64,000 bases of DNA from Minutocellus sp. GHC0000111 (GCA_977018835.1 OZ361258.1:4960001-5024000); one strand, 5' to 3'. Positions 34,377 to 47,144 are shown, counted from the first letter of the stretch. Notes: generated from the sequence alone by a model not told the origin. Made by a program: numbers and translations.

Positions 34377-36258
34377 TAGTCTTAGGGAAACCTGGGGGGA
34401 CTTTCCGGGTTACCCCTAAACCTGGGATTTCCCCCAGGATTTCTGAGTTTGCCCCCCGCCCCTACGCACGTGTTACTAGTAGTAGCTACTATTAAGAGGG
34501 CGCTGTCCATAATTTTCCCCGTTTTTAATCCCCCTTATTCTTATTTCTTATGACGAGCGAAGCATAACACACGCAACAGTGGCAGCTTGCCTGAGAGATT
34601 CCCTTGTCAACAACAAGGCCAGTTTCCTTGTCTACGGCAAACACCGCTGCAGCAGAGCCAGTGTAGCAATGGCCGTAGTCGCGTTTGAGGGCGCTGCCGT
34701 CTTGGGCCACCGTAACCACCGCCGCCGTGTGCATCTCGCCGCCTTGTTCAAACTCAACAGTCTTGCTGCTAGCGGCATGTGCTTTTGCCCCATTCTCGTC
34801 AATGATTTCATCAGCTGCTTCAATAGCCGCTGCTCTGCATTTCTTTTCCACCTGTCGGGCATTCTTTTCGGTCGGATGGACGATGTCGGCCTTCGTGCAG
34901 AAATTCATGAAGCGACTTGCGTGCATGGCCTCATCTTCCGCTGCCTCCATCAGCTCCAAATTCATTCCAGCCTGACTTCTAGAATGCTTTCTGCCGGGGC
35001 ACACAACTTCTGACCTCTGGCCGATCCAAGTGCAAAAAGAAAAAGGTTGGTTGCATCTGTTGCATCGCCATTCAAATGTAACGCCGAATCCACGCGAAAC
35101 TGGCTCGGCCGAGAGATGCAGATTGCCGCACGATCGGTGGAGATTCTGCACGAAATCATGCAGCTGCTTCATCTCAACCACAATTCTTTTGCCGTTGAGC
35201 TGCACGCCGGTGATGTTGGGACGATCGGTAGCGTTGGCGGTGGGAGCAGATGACCGACCGACCGAAGAATTCTTGTCGGAATAACAATTCAGTGTCGCGT
35301 TGAGATGGGGCCCATGCTTTTCATCGTCCTGGAAGCAATTTTCAGGTGTGGTCGGCAGTGATCGCTTGCCATTGCGTTGAGAGCGTGGGCTGGCGTTGTC
35401 GGCCATTCTGGAGAAGCGGTAGAAGGGCTTTGCAACGTCAAGGCCTGATATTTTCTCTGGACGTCGTCGTTGGATGTTGACCTCGTGTCGTGTTGGGACG
35501 TGTTGAAGAGATGATCGAACAAGAGAGATCTCTAAGCTCGGCGACACGCCACCGCTCGTCAAGATACGGACAAGCTCATCAATAGTGTAGTAAGTACATC
35601 TGACGTCGTCTGGGAATGAGAGCAAGAGTGAGAGGATTGCCTCCTTGGCGTTAGCACGTGATGTTTCCATGTGGTTGTTTTTTTGTTTTGTGTCGGTTCT
35701 GGCGCAAGACACGCTTTTCGATGAGAACCTTACAAAAAGAACCCCAAATGAGGGAGACGTGCAAAAATACCCCAAAGAAATATCCCCTTACCTCCCAACA
35801 GCAAAACTTCAAGATATCTTCCCACCAGCACCACCAATGCTGGTTATGCGTCGGCCGAGACTAATTTCGGTCAATCCGACGATGATGTGTGCGTCGACTG
35901 TTACATTTCTGAGGGAGAGTTGATTCATCGAAGTTCCTCTGAACCAAGTGTTCCTGGAGGGATTTCTGACTTAATGCTGAAAGGAACGTCGATGACTCTT
36001 CGCCACTGTGGAGAGCGGCCTTCGATGAGGAGCCCATTGTCACGTTGGAGTGCTAACTTTGGCGATGGTGCGAAGAAAAAACGGCACAAAACACGCTTTT
36101 TGGGGGCTTCCTAAAAGTTATGGACAGCGCCCTCTTAAGAATTCCTCGTACATGGGGGCATTTTGCCGTTTTTCCGAGGGACCCCAGGATCCCAGGTTAA
36201 TCCTGGGGGTTTGCCCCCCAGTATTTCTGGAAATTACCCCCAGGTTTCCCTATGACTA
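34377..36258. mobile_element. hAT-like MITE, duplicate copy
   Basis: Copy of 3746-5627 with the same TIRs and AATTCGGC TSD. Confidence 0.85.
34496..36134 (-). mobile_element. Kolobok-type element with truncated transposase (34525-35670), duplicate copy
   Basis: Copy of 3865-5503 with TTAA TSD and 17-bp TIR. Confidence 0.8.
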
Positions 36259-36647
36259 AATTCGGCGATGGATTCTTTTTTCCCTGAGTTGATTTGCAAG
36301 GTAGGCCTACAGCAGGAAGGGGCAGCTACGCCGAGCTACAGTTTCAAACTGGTTGGCCGAGATAAGTCGGCGGCATGCGTGCGGCCCATGCCATGTCATG
36401 GCGCGGCGCGGTGAGCATCTCGCTCCTCTCCCGTTATCATGGTCTATTTTCGTTTCCGCCCTCAAAAACCACAGGTCGCTGGCGACAACTTGTTTTAGGT
36501 GCTACTTGTACTGTCGGTTCGAAATCAATATCAAACGAGGACAGCTATATTAAACTTTAAAAATCCTACTTGGAACCAAATGGAGCAATTTGCACATTAC
36601 TGCAATCGCTCTCTCCGTAGCCGCTTTCGAATCATCTTTATCTTTGC

Positions 36648-38289
36648 TCATGCTTCTCTCTCTTTCTCTTTCCTAATGCGCCTGTTAAGATTGTTTTTCC
36701 TCTTGATTGGGACACCGCAAAGAAGACAAAGCGAGAGAAAGGTACAATAAAATGAGTAAAAATGCAGCAAATGGAACATATTTGTGGGTGCATCATGCAA
36801 ATATGAGATCGAATGAACTGTAAGCACTGACCTGGACCAAAGTTGTCCCATCTTGCTTTTGATCTACCATTTCATTTCTCTCTGGATCATGCCTGAAAAC
36901 GAACCCACCGGCGACCAAGGCATCATAGAGCTTCATCTTGGGATTTCTTTGCCTTTCTTTTACTGCGATGGCCATGCGAGGATCGACGACATTGCGAGGC
37001 CCTTTTCGTTTCTGTCCTCTTGGCACAGCCGAAATGTCGGCTCCATCTACTTTGCTGGTGCTGGTACCTCCAGTACTTTGAGATTCGAAATGAACACTGG
37101 ACTTGGCATAAACAGAATCCGCCAAAGATAGCTCAGCCATGGCTGGAGGCGAAGTGCTCGAAGTCGTCATTCGCCCGTCTCCGATACATGTGCTGTGTTG
37201 GCGCTTCTCCCGGTGGCTGTCGTCCTGCTCATGGTCGTTGTGACCGTTATCGACGGGTTGAACATGCAGTCCAAGCGCATCGGCTTCTTTCCTCATGTTA
37301 TCCATTAGGAACTGATTCATATCTATTGCCAGAGCACCGCCAAGCTCGACCGGAACACATTCTGGCGGAAGATTATATGTCCTCAAGCTGCCCAGTACTT
37401 TTGACACGTCTCCGTGATGGAGCTTGATGCGTAGCCGAATTTGTTTCCGCAGTAGATACTTGACGATCGGATGAACAACATAGTACATGAAATTGCTGGG
37501 GTAGCAAATATGCAAAGCGCGGAGACGACTGGGGAACACACTGTCGAATAATGGCGCGTACTTTTGGCTCTTCTGCGAATGATGCTGGCTGCTTGTGATG
37601 TTCCTTGCATCGACAAGAACAACGTTTTTGTTACAAGCATTGCTCGTAAAGATGGACTCAAAGAGATAAAACAGGGCCATGTTTTCCTGCTCAATGGTGT
37701 ATTTGGATAAATCACGGTTGCAGAACTGGAAGAAGAATATGGCCCGACCTGCTCTGTCGGTGCATGGAAGGAGTTGAAAGACACGCATCTCGGCCATGGG
37801 TATCATCTCATCTGCCATGGCGCCAGTCAACGTCATTGGGAGGAAGCATTTAACGGGACCGAAGAGATCCATTCGAAAGTTCCAGTAGTTTGTCAGTCGC
37901 GTTGCTGCCGCGACAGGATCTCCGTCTTCGCAAATTAAGAACTGCTTTCGGCGCGTCGCGTTTACTTCTCCCGGGCATTGCACAAGGGCTTGTCGATATA
38001 CGATGGTGGTCGAAGCTGGTAGCTTCGCTATTTCGTTGTCAAGAGCAGCTAGAAGAATGTGATCATGGGGGACTAATGCGGTAGTAGTCGCGCTTGCATC
38101 CGTGCTGGATGATAAAGACGTGGTGACAGCGCCAAGACCGTGCTGCATGCCGGTGAGATCAGCTTGCAATTTGACGAGGTCTTGGACTGTCAGTGAGGCC
38201 AAGTCTCGCATGTCGTCCTGCTCGGTAAATTTGGGCTGGAGCTCCAGGGGAGTCTCCATGCTGGTGCTACTGCAATTATCGTCGTTCAT
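36648..38289 (-). CDS. CRAL-TRIO + 'DPRM' module protein, paralog B, duplicate copy
   Basis: Same translation as 6017-7658. Confidence 0.75.
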
Positions 38290-38602
38290 TATTCATTCTG
38301 AATGCAATTTGCAGTGTCTTTGCGCTGGGGTGGTTTGGTGTACCCGTGCGTGCCGATCTACTCATTCACTGCTGTGGCTGGCGTGGCAAGCAAGGGGCAG
38401 AAAATAAATAAGAATGGCGGCCACGCGTAGCTCCACTCAAAACCTCTCAGTGGCCACTTCGAGGATGACGCAAGTCAGAAGATTCTCGAGATTTGAACTT
38501 GCTGCATCAGAATTCGAACGAGTGGTTGAGATACATGTACCGACACATCTCGTGCCGAGTTCCTCCATATAACACAGAATAATCAATCCACTTCCCTCAC
38601 AA

Positions 38603-40775
38603 ATGAAGCACCTGAGTGGTGATCTTCTCTCTTTGGCCTTCATTGGCCAGCTATGTGCCGTATCTTTCGCTTTCGTTCCGCATCCGTCAAACATCAAGCA
38701 GCCACAACAGCTCCTGCCACGAAATTCTCAGACATCGTCCACGAGAACAATCGGCCCAGATACCTCCCTATTCACATCAATATCAACCACCGTGGTAACT
38801 TCCAGCATCAACGGGGACGGAAATGAGAATGAGAATGATAAAAGTACAAGCAATGCCGAGGCTCATTCTTCTGGGCCATCTCCTCATTCTTCCGCCGCAC
38901 AACTTTCTCCACAAATCGAGCACGTAATAGACCCATCCGACGAAGGGTTGTTTACCCTGCCCCGACACTCTACCAACCAAGACGTGAATGACATATTGGG
39001 AAAGACCGAACGTGCCTTGCGTGGATTGCACGCGCACAGCCTGGAGATTCAGGACCGGTTGGAGATTGAGCAGATCGAGGCCGAGGAGGCTCAGATGACT
39101 CAAGGAAAGTCGTCGGACGAAATCAAGCAAAACAACAAATCACCCGACCAAGGTGCGAAACAAGTTATTGAAACAGAGCCGATTGCCGACTATGGTCACG
39201 ATCGGGTCTTCAGCAATTCCTATGTGGATCTCGGAAAGGTTGATACGGTCGGGTTTGACTACGACTATACCCTTGTCACGTACAAGGAGGAACTTCTGCA
39301 TCTCATCTATGAAAAGGCCCTCAAACGTCTAGTGGAGGACAAATATTATCCGGTGGAACTCCTGGACGCTGGTCTCAAATTTGACCCTCGCTTCAGTATT
39401 CGCGGACTGGCCGTCGATAAGGAGACCGGGTGGATCTGCCATCTGTCCTACACGCACAAGGTCGCATGTGCCTGGGAGGGTCGGAACAAGGTATCTCGCG
39501 CCCGTCTTATGGAGGAGTACAGCGGGAAGCGATCGCTGACGCCGGCGGAGCGCAAAAAACGTCTCAAGCCGTTGAATGATTTGTTCTCCATGGCCGAGTG
39601 CTGTCTGATTGCCGATGTGGTGCAATTCTTTATCGATCGGGGCATTCCCTTCTGCCCGCGGAATGCCATCCATGACATTTTGAGTTCCATCGGATCGACG
39701 CATATTTCCGGTGAATTCCATCGTTTAGTGGCGGCCGATCCCGGTCGATACTTTGAGGAGCAGCCTCATTTGAAGGAGGTTATTTCCAGTCTCAAGGCCA
39801 GTGGAAAGCGCCTCATCTTTGCATCCAACTCGCCCTTTTGGTATGTCGATGCGGGAATGAAGCATGTCATCGGGGAAAATTGGAGAGCCGACTGGGACGT
39901 TGTAATTGTCAGTGCTGGTAAGCCCCTATTTTACACCGAAGAGGCTCGACCGTTCCGAGAGGTGTCATCGGTGACCGGGCGAGTCAAATTCAAGAAGGTA
40001 AGTTTTATGCATTGGGATCGCTGAGTATTAGAGGCTTTGAAGATGATTCAAATAATATTTTGTGCTAAACTTTTCAGCTTGCGTTCACCAATTGTTCCAA
40101 TCGCAGATCGATGTATTGGAGAAAGGGGAGGTTTACACAGAGGGATGCCTTCGTGAGCTCATCCGTTGCACTAACTGGCATTTATCAGCGGATGATCGTA
40201 CCCCAACCACCGATGATGCGGCGAGATTGGGTGCTGACGGACTCGCTACTCCCAAAGTTTTGTACATTGGTGACTCCTTGTTTGCTGATCTCGTCGACGC
40301 AAAGCGCGAGTATGGTTGGACTACCGCAGCGGTGACACCAGAGGTTGGACATGAGATCGAAATGATGAGCCGGACACAATATGTCTTGTCACAGCGATCG
40401 ATCGACTTGCTTCTCACTCTGCTGCGAAACATCCAGATCAAGCAGGGAAGTGGGCTTCGAGAGGACGAAGACTTGCGCATTCTGGACAGCGTCGAGGGAC
40501 TCGTATCGAAATGGCGCGATCAGCAAACGCTATTGCTCGGTAATCCTTTTGGCAGTGTATTCCGTGCTAGATACCAGCCGAGTCTGTTCGCCCACTCGCT
40601 TAGGCGATATTGCGATTTGTACATGAGTAGCGTTAGCAGCCTTCGGCACTACAGTCCTCTGCACAGATTCTACCCGAGCGATGCAAGGCTGTTGAGCCAT
40701 GAGATTGGCGGCTCGAACGCTGAGTGCTGGGACCTGGACGATGTGCTTTCTGCCGGTGATGATGTTTCTATATAG
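38603..40775 (+). CDS. HAD 5'-nucleotidase, duplicate copy (exons 38603-39997, 40107-40775)
   Basis: Same protein as 7972-10144; one synonymous change (CGC/CGT at 39013). Confidence 0.9.
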
Positions 40776-40828
40776 GAACTTATATGATATTGTCGATTCA
40801 TAATTTAGATTATTTTGTAAGTGCAACG

Positions 40829-42775
40829 CTACATCAACCATATTGCGCCGAGAGCGCAGGAAATAGAGAGGCAAGTGGGGACAAGATAGTGCCTTATCGA
40901 AATGCTTTCTGCGGGTGAGGATGTTGATCTCTCGTCGCCAAGATCTTCCGGCCCACTCGTTTCCAGTGTTGTAGGTGGATTGGCGACATTTTTACCATTT
41001 GTTGTCGAAGACGCGGCATTCCAACCGTTGGCTTCATAATCACTCTCCAACACAGCAAATTGTTGCTTTTCCAGCACTCTTCCGTTGGTGAATTCGCTAT
41101 CGCCTTCGAATAAAAGCCGTCCAGTATTCACTGGGCCCATGTAGACTCGGTACGTTCCGACCCAGCCGCCATTGACATTGTACATTGTGAAATCGTATTC
41201 CGGGAGCACATCGTTTGATGGGAGATAAACGACTTCGGTGATGGTCCCTTCTGGGATATCCTTAAAAGTATTGGTCGAGCGGAAGTCCACGTAGGTCCCA
41301 TCTGCCGCCTTGATGCCCCATGCCAAATGCTCAGGGCCAAAGTCTAGCTCAAGGACCACTGAGATGAACGGAGTGCCTGGTTCCGGGACTGGAGGAGGAA
41401 CCGGCGTTGGAGCTGGAGCTGCCGACGGCGGATTACCAATGCTAAACATTTCTTCTTTGGTGTAAGTATCAAAGTCGCCAGTGCCTTCAACAAGCACACT
41501 GCCAGATGTGCCTCTTCCCTGGTACACCCTGTAGTAGCCCTCGCCGTACCAAGAGCAGCAAAAGCCCAATGCGTCGTTATGCAACACCACAAAGCGGAAA
41601 TTTTGATCATTGTCCACGGCAATCGTTTCGGTCACCACCTGATCCAGATATTCGTTCCCATACGTCTGTGTACTGCGATAGGCGTAAATGGTCTTGCCAT
41701 CGGCCGATTCCAGCAACCACCCCGTGCTGTACGGTACCCAGTTGCCCAGACGAATTTCCACGGTGACAAAGGTTTTGATCCCCCCCTTGGAGGGACTGGG
41801 TGGACAGTTGAAGTCGGCCGGTGGATCGACCGACAGTTCGCAAACCTGTTCCGTAATCCAATCGATCTCCGAGGATACACGGGCGTACACACCAGGTAAA
41901 GTGTCGTGGTTGCAGTCCAACCCAAAGCTGACGAGGCCCACCTGCTGATCCTCAGCGGCGGTGTTGCCTCGAACGATGAGGGGACTTCCACTGTCGCCCA
42001 AACAACTTCCCCGATCGGGATGGTGCGCGCACATGGTCTCTTCGTGGATGTATCTGGATCCGTACGAAAATGACTTTTGCGTCTTGGGATCGATGCCCTC
42101 AATGTCGATGCAGACATCGTTGGGGACGTATCCAATTTCGGCCTCGAGCAAAACGGGTGATTTGACCATGTTCTGAGGAGTATCGTCATCCAAAAATCCC
42201 CAACCGAATACTGTGAGTGGTTCGCCTTGTACTGACGGCATCGATGGATCACGATTCAACTTGACGGGCGGAGTTTGAGTCGACGCGCCGTACAACTTGA
42301 CAATGGCAAAGTCGTAGCTGAATTCGTCCGGAAGCAGCACGTGCTGGGGATGCATGACCGGCTCACGTGCAAAAAAGTACTCATGCTCTTCGTCTCGATC
42401 GTCCAAATTGTGCTGATCTATATCGACGCGTCGATAGGGACCGGGCCAACCGGCGCAGTGCGCCACGGTCAGAACAATGTCTGGCGCTATGAGGGATCCG
42501 CCGCATAAGTGGGTGTTGTACTCTCCGTCGACGGAGAGAGAGGCCGAGTAGGCGTATCGACCGATGGGTGCTTCCGTTCCTCCGACGATGAGGGATCGTT
42601 CGCTCAGAGTGGAGGCAGATGTTTGTACTTTCGAAGTATCTGGAGTGAACAGCCCAGATGCTGCGGAGGACGATGAAGCATCCGCCCTGGCAAGACAGCA
42701 GCAACCTGTGAGGAATGCCGAAGAGAGGACCGTTGGCCGTCGTATCTTGCGATGCATCATCATGCGTTTTCTCAT
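40829..42775 (-). CDS. Secreted S1 (trypsin-like) serine protease with C-terminal accessory domains
   Basis: Activation site IVGG, catalytic triad in TVAHC, DFAIVKL and GDSGSP, PGVYARV. Two C-terminal beta-rich repeats and a hydrophobic tail. Confidence 0.92.
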   Translation of the reverse strand: MRKRMMMHRKIRRPTVLSSAFLTGCCCLARADASSSSAASGLFTPDTSKVQTSASTLSERSLIVGGTEAPIGRYAYSASLSVDGEYNTHLCGGSLIAPDIVLTVAHCAGWPGPYRRVDIDQHNLDDRDEEHEYFFAREPVMHPQHVLLPDEFSYDFAIVKLYGASTQTPPVKLNRDPSMPSVQGEPLTVFGWGFLDDDTPQNMVKSPVLLEAEIGYVPNDVCIDIEGIDPKTQKSFSYGSRYIHEETMCAHHPDRGSCLGDSGSPLIVRGNTAAEDQQVGLVSFGLDCNHDTLPGVYARVSSEIDWITEQVCELSVDPPADFNCPPSPSKGGIKTFVTVEIRLGNWVPYSTGWLLESADGKTIYAYRSTQTYGNEYLDQVVTETIAVDNDQNFRFVVLHNDALGFCCSWYGEGYYRVYQGRGTSGSVLVEGTGDFDTYTKEEMFSIGNPPSAAPAPTPVPPPVPEPGTPFISVVLELDFGPEHLAWGIKAADGTYVDFRSTNTFKDIPEGTITEVVYLPSNDVLPEYDFTMYNVNGGWVGTYRVYMGPVNTGRLLFEGDSEFTNGRVLEKQQFAVLESDYEANGWNAASSTTNGKNVANPPTTLETSGPEDLGDERSTSSPAESISIRHYLVPTCLSISCALGAIWLM

Positions 42776-43128
42776 TCGAAATTTTTGGATGGACTTATTG
42801 AAACACAAATTGTTTGTAAGTTATAGGGAAATGACTGTGGCAGATAGGAGGTAGATAGCCCAGCAGGAAAGCGTTATGATGTGCCGTTCGCCTGTTCCGT
42901 TCCCATCATGGTTGCCCAAGCAACAGGCACGATCCATTTCAGTCGAGTAGGTCCTGGTAATTCATGTGATCAACTCGACTGAATGCAATGCAAGCCAAGC
43001 AAGTCAGAGAAAAGATCCTTGCAAAGTTCATCCAAGCAAAATCAAACGAGCGAGAGTGAGATGACCATGCTTGTTCCGATAGAGTTTAGACCGGCAGAAT
43101 ATTGACCGCCGTTGACTTTATAGTTTCC

Positions 43129-44346
43129 ATGGGCCCTGCCGCTCATCGATCATCGTCCAGCCAAATCATGTGGCAGCAACTCCAAATTCGGTGGCACATG
43201 CACTTTGCGGGCAAAAGATATCGAAAACTTGCCCTACTATCTCTACTTATTGTGGTTCTACTTCTTGGATCCAAATACCGGAACAATGGCACAACCAAAC
43301 GAGAATCCATGAGAGTGGAACGGCAGTGTCAAGATCCCACCATTGATGCCACGACGGGTGCCCCAGCCAAGCCCCTCATCATCATGGTGGCCGGAGGTGC
43401 TCGAACGGGCACCACCTTTCTGTACAATCTGTTGCGAATATTGCTGCGACAGCGCGATCCCAACACCATTTCGGGTTGGTTCGAAGATCTGTCCTATGCG
43501 GCCGGCAGATATGCCAGTCCTGACCCTCCGACGTCACCGGTACTGGACGAGCGCTTGCGGCAGACCAGCGATGTTGAGAAAATGTGGAAGGGTGCGTTGC
43601 ACTCGTATTTGCATACCGGAACCACGGTCTTGGTCAAGGTGCACAGCCTTTCCTATTCCTTAAGATTGTTCACGGGATGTGATGGGCCCGATGCATTTGC
43701 CTCGCCGGAATGCCCCGTCGATCTTGTATTGTACTCGACGCGAGATCTATGTTCGCAAATTGCCAGTATTCGTCGGATGGGGTGGGGCAACGTTTTGGAT
43801 CGAAAGGAGATTGTATCGGATCCAACCGAATTCTGCAGAAAGCAACAGAATACCAAAATGAAGAAGGGCGTGTATCTGACCGACGAAGACTGGCAGAATG
43901 AGGATACATGGGTCGCCCAAGCCCTTGGTCTTGCGGCATGCAACGATGAATGGATCAAGGCCGTCGGCACGGACAAGTTATTGGCCAATGTACCGATGGA
44001 GGGCGGCGTCGGTCTGGATTTGGTGGAACGCATAGTACGACGAATCAGGGACGCCGGTAGAGATACAGACTTTGGAAGCAGTAGTATCTTCCAGATGAAT
44101 GCCGAGATGGCCCTTGCCGAAGCCAATGCCCTCCGGCCGTTGGCGTGTTCCAGCCACATTGCCGTGAATCCGATTACACACCTGCACAGAGGTCATGTGG
44201 TAACTGCTCGCTCGGGTGGAGGTAAGGCGGGAGAAGATGGCGATGATGAAAAGGATGACCAAAAAGAGATGGATGAGGAGGATAAACAGAAAGGCTGTGC
44301 CGCCATCGATGCTAGTCCTGACCTTCGGAAGTTTGTCTCTGGTTAA
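43129..44346 (+). CDS. Type II membrane sulfotransferase-like (P-loop/PAPS-binding) protein
   Basis: N-terminal TM LALLSLLIVVLLLG, 5'-PSB-like GGARTGTTFLYNLL, LVKVH and 3'-PB-like STRDL...AS. Confidence 0.6.
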   Translation: MGPAAHRSSSSQIMWQQLQIRWHMHFAGKRYRKLALLSLLIVVLLLGSKYRNNGTTKRESMRVERQCQDPTIDATTGAPAKPLIIMVAGGARTGTTFLYNLLRILLRQRDPNTISGWFEDLSYAAGRYASPDPPTSPVLDERLRQTSDVEKMWKGALHSYLHTGTTVLVKVHSLSYSLRLFTGCDGPDAFASPECPVDLVLYSTRDLCSQIASIRRMGWGNVLDRKEIVSDPTEFCRKQQNTKMKKGVYLTDEDWQNEDTWVAQALGLAACNDEWIKAVGTDKLLANVPMEGGVGLDLVERIVRRIRDAGRDTDFGSSSIFQMNAEMALAEANALRPLACSSHIAVNPITHLHRGHVVTARSGGGKAGEDGDDEKDDQKEMDEEDKQKGCAAIDASPDLRKFVSG

Positions 44347-44741
44347 GGAATAAATTAGTTGGGAAACAAGTTTTGCTCAACAAGCCGAGATTAAATTTAA
44401 TTATATTTTCTAGCGTATAAGAAAAGCGCCATCAATGCGGCTCAACGTGCGAAGCAGATCCAATGCCCAAGCCTCATTTAGTAAGGCCCGGCATCTCGTG
44501 TACGCCCAACAAATTTTTACCCCACTGAAAAACGCTCTTGGTGGAAAAAGGAAAAATGATACAATTTTTTTCCGACCGGACCGAACAAGACATCCGGCCG
44601 CAAGAGATCTACGATCGATGACGTTGATTTCATCTCCGTAATACCTTTCAGCAGATCCCTCCCAGACGACCCAATGCCCTCAAATAATTTTTTGCCCGGC
44701 CGATCGAAAGAGTACATAACGCCCGGAACTGTAAAACAAAT

Positions 44742-45056
44742 TTAAGGCTTGACGAGGGTGCCGTAGCCGATGGAGAAGCCGACGGCGAGGGAGACGACGC
44801 AGGCGACGAGGCCGGCTCCGTATCCGATGACGGTGCCCTCGTCGATGTCGGCGGCCTGGGCGGCGAAGGGGGCCATGGCGGTGGCGAAGGCGGCGAGGGC
44901 GGCGGCGTTGGAGTCGGCGGCGGCCTCAGCGAGGGGGGCCTCCTCCTGGGGGGCCATGGCGAGGGGAGCGAGGCTCTGGGCCTGCTGGGAGACGGGGGCG
45001 AAGGCGGTGGTGCACGCGACGAGGGCGGCGAGGAGGACGGCGACGAAGGTCTTCAT
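44742..45056 (-). CDS. Small plastid (thylakoid) single-TM protein
   Basis: 104 aa: signal peptide + TTA-FAP, lumen-type AAQA cleavage site, C-terminal TM GYGAGLVACVVSLAVGFSIGYG. Extreme C-ending codon bias. Confidence 0.75.
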   Translation of the reverse strand: MKTFVAVLLAALVACTTAFAPVSQQAQSLAPLAMAPQEEAPLAEAAADSNAAALAAFATAMAPFAAQAADIDEGTVIGYGAGLVACVVSLAVGFSIGYGTLVKP

Positions 45057-45487
45057 TTTTAGGTATATTTGGGGGTAGTAAAGGAGTCGAGAGTACACGA
45101 GTGGGACCGATGGGTGGCGAGCGAAGAAGCAGGCGAACAAAGCAAAGCGCGATGGCGAAGGCAACGGCGACCGAGCGATACCGCGGAAAGTTCAACGCAG
45201 GGCAAAGCAAGGCGCAAACCAGCACGTGAAAATTTCGTGTGACGTATTGGGTAGTTCGACCTGAAAGTATGCATGCAAAATATATTTCGGGTTTCCCCCA
45301 GAATCATTTCCCCTTTACTTTTATCGGGTTATGAGGCAGCAGAGCAAATGGGCTGATGTGCCTCCTCGTATCTTTTTGATCGAGCAGCAGTAACCACGCT
45401 ACCAGTTGGTATCAGTAGGAATTGCTGCGTTTATTGATATTTTGCATTACATTCGTCATAGCAGTGATGCTAGTTAGTTTGTAAGAC

Positions 45488-47095
45488 ATGTCTGAAACGA
45501 AGCAGCTAGAATCGCCACCGCACTCGAAGGCTGCCAAGACAGCTGACGATGAAGATTCTAACCCGCTCAACGTAGAGGATGTCCGGAAGGTTATCTTCTC
45601 CCTGCTTCCCATCAAGACGCTTTGTCGCTACAAGTGCATTTCAAGAGCGGTTCGGGCCGATGCTGACCAAGCCATTGCAAATCGAACAACGCGCGTGACC
45701 GACGACGACGTCGCCAAGAACAAGCACGTGGCAAAGCTCCGGCAGCTTATCAAGGAGGCGGAACCCGTCCAAACCATAGAGCTGGCACCGGGACGATATC
45801 TCTTGGGCGATGATTCTATGACGGGACATTGTCGGGAGAGAATAGTGTACCCTTCTGAAATGAGGGAACATGAGGACAATGGGGATTTTGATGCTGCCCT
45901 TGAGGCGGAAGAAGCTTGGGAATCGTACTTTGGTGATATAAGTTGGAATAAGTGGAAGCGAGGGCATGGCGGTATAAGAATGAAGAAAGCAGGCGTCCGG
46001 CTGACTGGGCGGACAGGCCCGGGCCGCACTATTTTCGCCATGAAGGCACACTGCTCGATCTCAGCTGAACCCGTCGCCGTCCAGATCTGGGCTAGAGACA
46101 TCCTCGTTCAGAACATTGATTTCGAAGGACACTGCACAGCGATCTCAGTCGGCAACTTCACATTTGATGTTGCCAACGCGTCCAACCCCTTCATTGCTGC
46201 CGCGACAACCAAATGTTCGGCTGGTATTCATGGTTGTAATTTCAGGGGCGTTTCGATGCGGATTTGTTCAAACAGCAGTGCCAAGGTTACTGACTGCATC
46301 GTCGAAGATGATACTGGAGGTTTCGATGGGAAGGCAAGTGTCCAGGTAGGTCGAAAAGCGGAAGTGCATCTAACGAGGACCAGAATCAACAGCAGTAGTC
46401 GACATGCATACCAGACATATTTTCAGGGACGAAGTGATGAAGAAATCACAAATGATCGAAATGGCTATGGTGGTCTATTTCTTCATAGTCACTCTATTGC
46501 TTACCTGGACGAAGTTGAAATGATGGGAAATGTTCCGGCCGGAATCGTCGTCTCATCGAGAAAAGTCCGCATTATTTTGGGTGGGCCACTATCTTTTTCA
46601 GGGAATGAAAGAGGGGTTGTGGTGGAACGAGGCCCTCAATCAAATCATCGATTTGTTCTTCAGATGGTATCAGACATGATGTCTGATTTTCGAGAAGAAT
46701 ATGGCTTGAAAGAGGAAAGTAAAAAGGACAAAATCCCATGCCCGTCGCAGAAGCGAGCTTATCCAGGAGTATGCCGCAAAACTACCTCGTTTTATAAATA
46801 CAAAGAAGACACCAAAATGAAGAATACAGAGAATTATAAATCACTCGCAAATAAGTACGTTGAATCTGCTCGACAGATCTTCGTTTCGGACGGTAGCAAA
46901 AAAGGTGATGAAAGCCTCGAATGGATGCTTTCGAGGATCCAACGCATTGAACGGGGCAGATCGGCGATCGGCAATAGTGGCGACCACGGAGAAATAATCA
47001 AGCATGACGAAGGGTTCTGTCCTCCCGACTGCGAGTTTTGCCAATGGGATGTAGATCTACCGAATGATGACAATGATTCTGAAGACGATGAGTAG
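45488..47095 (+). CDS. F-box + right-handed beta-helix (pectin-lyase-like) protein
   Basis: PLNVEDVRKVIFSLLPIKTLCRYKCISR is an F-box. TIELAPGRY...VRLTG...TI...V.NI.F followed by beta-helix-like repeats. Confidence 0.65.
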   Translation: MSETKQLESPPHSKAAKTADDEDSNPLNVEDVRKVIFSLLPIKTLCRYKCISRAVRADADQAIANRTTRVTDDDVAKNKHVAKLRQLIKEAEPVQTIELAPGRYLLGDDSMTGHCRERIVYPSEMREHEDNGDFDAALEAEEAWESYFGDISWNKWKRGHGGIRMKKAGVRLTGRTGPGRTIFAMKAHCSISAEPVAVQIWARDILVQNIDFEGHCTAISVGNFTFDVANASNPFIAAATTKCSAGIHGCNFRGVSMRICSNSSAKVTDCIVEDDTGGFDGKASVQVGRKAEVHLTRTRINSSSRHAYQTYFQGRSDEEITNDRNGYGGLFLHSHSIAYLDEVEMMGNVPAGIVVSSRKVRIILGGPLSFSGNERGVVVERGPQSNHRFVLQMVSDMMSDFREEYGLKEESKKDKIPCPSQKRAYPGVCRKTTSFYKYKEDTKMKNTENYKSLANKYVESARQIFVSDGSKKGDESLEWMLSRIQRIERGRSAIGNSGDHGEIIKHDEGFCPPDCEFCQWDVDLPNDDNDSEDDE

Positions 47096-47144
47096 GTTAA
47101 CACTTTTACTCTAATTTACATTTTGGTTCTATATGTACAATAAT

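Larger units (their letters stand above)
30632..40935 (+). repeat. Segmental duplication, copy 2
   Basis: Near-identical to 1-10304; here the trypsin-like gene continues intact. Confidence 0.97.
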
